Positions 61,171 to 64,000 of a stretch of 64,000 nt of DNA are shown piece by piece. The notes beneath the pieces are model-generated. The model worked only from the letters and a program-made list of their open reading frames with translations. It ran no database searches and was not told where the DNA came from. The translations under genes and the position numbers were made by a program. Origin of the DNA: Salpingoeca rosetta (taxonomy: Eukaryota; Protista; Choanoflagellata); contig JAWQFM010000015.1 of NCBI GenBank assembly GCA_033442325.1, forward strand, positions 252,891 to 316,890. The letters are read 5' to 3'. Each line of letters opens with the position of its first letter. Position 1 is the first letter of the stretch.

Positions 61171-62512
61171 TCAGTGCCTCGTGCGGCGCCTGTGTGGCGG
61201 CACGTAGACCTCCGTTTGCCTTTGCTCCTCCTGGTCCTGGGTACCTTCAGTGCTACGTGTGGTTGTGAGCCCATCCAGGCCGGGCGGGGTAGAGACGCTG
61301 CGCGTGTGGCGGCGGCGGCGGCGATGCAGATGTTTCTGATCGCCACCGTGGCCCCAGCGAGCATTGGGATGAGGATGATGTGGCTGCCTCCCGTTTGGCC
61401 TGCTCACTCCGCTGTTGCGGCGGCGTGTCTCCGGTGAGGCCGGAGCAGAGGTTGTCACGGGAGTGTTTGCGTAAGCACGCGTATTGCCACAGTTGGCATC
61501 ATAGCCGTATCCATAGCCGTCGCCCAGCATGTGCAATGATGAAGCACTGCTGTCAACAGAGGAGTCACGGGTGTTGCTGCCACTGCTGCTGACGCTGTGG
61601 TCGTCTTGGTAATCCTGGTAGTTGGAGTTCATGAACGACGAGAGTTCGCGCTCACCGTGGCGCTGCAGCAACCTGCCCATGTTCGTGGCTGTCTCACCAT
61701 CCTGCTCACATGTTCGTTGCTGACGTTGCTGACGTTGCTGGCGGTGGTGATGATGGCGGTGTTCGTCGCTTCTGCTGCCTCCGCTTCCTTTGCTGTCTCC
61801 GCTTCCTCTGCTGCCCCCACTTCCTCGTTTGTGCCTACCAACACCACTACTTCTCCTGCTGCTGACGGTGGTGGTGGTGTGCTGTCGGATGCGCGTCCAG
61901 AAGGTGACTTTGGCGGCGCGCTCCTCGCCGAGCACGCGAAGCGCCCACTGCTCCAGCTGTGCGCTGAGCGGCACCTGGTGCATGAGCACGAGCCCAGGGC
62001 CGTGCATGTCCACGTACTTTCGCAGCTTGCGCCCAAAGTCGTGCAGCAGCCGCGGGCAGGATGTCCTCGGGAAGGTGAGCCCGGACTTTACGTCAATCCA
62101 CTGCACGCATGCACCGTTGATGGTCGTGGGCGAGTGGAACTTGATGTCTGGGGTGGCCACGTTTGTCTCGTGCGTCTTCTTCATCTCGGCCTCCACCAGA
62201 TACGCGCTGCGCGGCACGCCCATGGCCGCCAAGTCCGCCGTGAGCTGCACCTCCGCGTGCGTGGCCTGGCGCGGCTTCGTCTGCGCGTCCCTGTACGTGT
62301 ATGCGGAGATTTTGTCTGTCTTGCTGCGGTGCGTGACCTGCTCGAACCAGAACCTGCGGTTTGCCTCGTCCGTCTTGGAGTAGTAGCGTTTCCCCTTGAC
62401 GCACAGGGCGCCCTCCAGCGCAATCTGTTCCAGCTCCTTGTCGGCAGCCACCATCGCCAGCCATTCTTCCTCTGTAAACTCGGGTAGCGCAGCGGTGCGA
62501 TCAGTGTCCGTG

Positions 62513-62549
<37 letters not shown>

Positions 62550-63409
62550 CCATCATCATCGTCGTCGTCGTCGTTGAATGTGGAGTCAGCATCGTCGTTG
62601 CCGTCATCAGCATCGTCGTCATCATTCCTGTTCTGCTCAAGACCATCCTCATCATTCTCGTCGTCGTCGCTGTCAACGGCGGCGTTGCGGAGGCATTCGC
62701 GCGCCTGGAGGACGAGGGCAATGCGCTTGCGGTTGTGGACCATGAGGCGAAGAAACGCCTCGTCCTCCACAATGTGGAAGAGCTCCGTCTTGGCGGTGGG
62801 GTCGAGGTGGTGCGGCGTGAGGCAGAAGTACTTGCTGAAGAGGCCGCCAACCAGCGCCATGCCCAGCGCAGTGACGCCAATGTTGTGCCTGCGGGCAAGC
62901 GTTTGCAGGTTCAGTTCGCGGCGGCGCCCGCGCGTCTCCCGAAACTCGTGCTGCCTGCGGTAGAGCGCCTGCATGTTGAGGTTCGACATGCGCTTCTGCC
63001 AGTCCATGAACAGCGTGACAACGAGCGCCTGCCTGCTGTGGGCAAAGGCGGGGCGGAGCTGGCGATTCAACGCAGAGAACGCGCGCTCCCCAACAGCAGC
63101 GCGCACGTCCTTGTGGCTGTGGCACGGCTGATGCACGTCCACAGGGGTTGGCAGCGACTGGAAGATGCGCTCGATGACTTGGTCGTCCACGCGGACATCC
63201 TGCCGCCAATTCGGGTTGACGTAGCTGGTGCTGGTGCTGGCTGTGGGGGTGATTGCCGGCTTGATGGTGGAAGTGGAACTCAGGGAACTGGAGGGCATGT
63301 CGAGGCAAGGGGTTGGATCAGGTGTGGGAAGAAGCCCTTCTGGCTTGTATGCGTAGGTCTGCTGCTCTTGGCGAGGAGGGTAATGGGACCGAGAACGGTT
63401 GTCGTTCAT
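61171..63409 (-). CDS. CDIN1/C15orf41-like TPD-domain PD-(D/E)XK nuclease; frame break at ~62510 (79-nt intron or 1-nt indel)
   Basis: C-terminal part YLVEAEMK...ATPDIKFHSPTTINGACVQWIDVKS...KYVDMHGPGLVL fits the TPD family (TPD...WIESK...Y..RFGPGLVI). The upstream ORF (ATG 63409) has an HTH-like LARRHNIGVTALG segment and ends in poly-Asp. Confidence 0.72.
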
Positions 63410-64000
63410 GCTGGTTGTATTGGGATCAGAAGGATGAAAATGAAAGGAACGTGGGAACGGGAATGTTGTGGAGACGGGTGGGAAGTCTGGTTTGTAGACT
63501 AGCTGAGCGTTGTCGACGAGAGCTGGCTTGTTCAAACTGGCCTAAACTTTAGTTGTTTGGTTCCTGGCAATAAGTTGAGGCTGCAACGGGGGAAGGGGGA
63601 AGGGAAAATGGTCGCTTGAGCACAGCTGTTGCGGTTTGTTGCAGCAAAGTGTTGTGTCTGTAGTAGGCTGCTGTGTCGGTGTATCTGACAGTGCAGTTGG
63701 CTTTGCGGACAACAGAGAAGGAATGTGTGTGTCCCAAGCTGTTTTGTGGGCGGGGTTGGGGTGTGCGTTGCACAGTGTTGCTGTGTGTGGATGTCTTCTT
63801 GTTGAGTCAGGTCGGCTGGTGAGTCAGTGCCAGTCTGCTGTCTGTGGGGTATGGGACTGTGTTGTTTCCGGATGTGTCAGTTGGAGTTGCTGCGAAGGTT
63901 CGAAGGTTCAGGCTTGTCGCTGTTGGTGTTGGTGTCAGTGTGAACGTGTGTGTGTGTGCTTTCGTGGCTGGTGGAGCTGACACAGACTTCTTGGGGGTTG

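Noticed and set aside
51329-63409. METTL4 plus PD-(D/E)XK nuclease as a restriction-modification-like pair
   Set aside because: They are separated by two unrelated genes, and both belong to families with known independent eukaryotic roles.

Overview
Gene-dense, intron-rich eukaryotic genomic DNA. Short GT-AG introns are packed with (GT)n/(CA)n microsatellites and the proteins are holozoan/animal-like. This style suggests a choanoflagellate such as Salpingoeca rosetta (inference, not verified). Manual splicing yields 16 protein-coding genes: FMR1/FXR-like (partial, runs off the left edge), NDUFAF8, RBM34/Nop12, PIH1D2, ADAT2, TPGS2, SAPS/PPP6R, MTCH, PARG, an orphan, lipin, 14-3-3, AMP deaminase, METTL4, DLGAP5/HURP-like and an atypical eIF4E. 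A 17th, CDIN1/TPD-type PD-(D/E)XK nuclease gene has a frame break. Twelve genes sit in six head-to-head pairs. Highlights: (1) a Fragile-X-protein homolog with collinear Agenet1-Agenet2-KH0-KH1 architecture, split into 10 tiny exons that the ORF track misses; (2) a recurring intron layout with GU repeats near the donor, CA repeats near the acceptor and little polypyrimidine tract, suggesting structure-assisted splicing; (3) frame breaks in lipin and the TPD nuclease that cryptic splicing could rescue; (4) E2F and CHR-like motifs at divergent promoters; (5) a ~345-bp insertion of foreign composition. Nearly all CV/HT-repeat ORFs in the track are microsatellite artefacts. Family assignments come from recalled motif similarity, not database searches.
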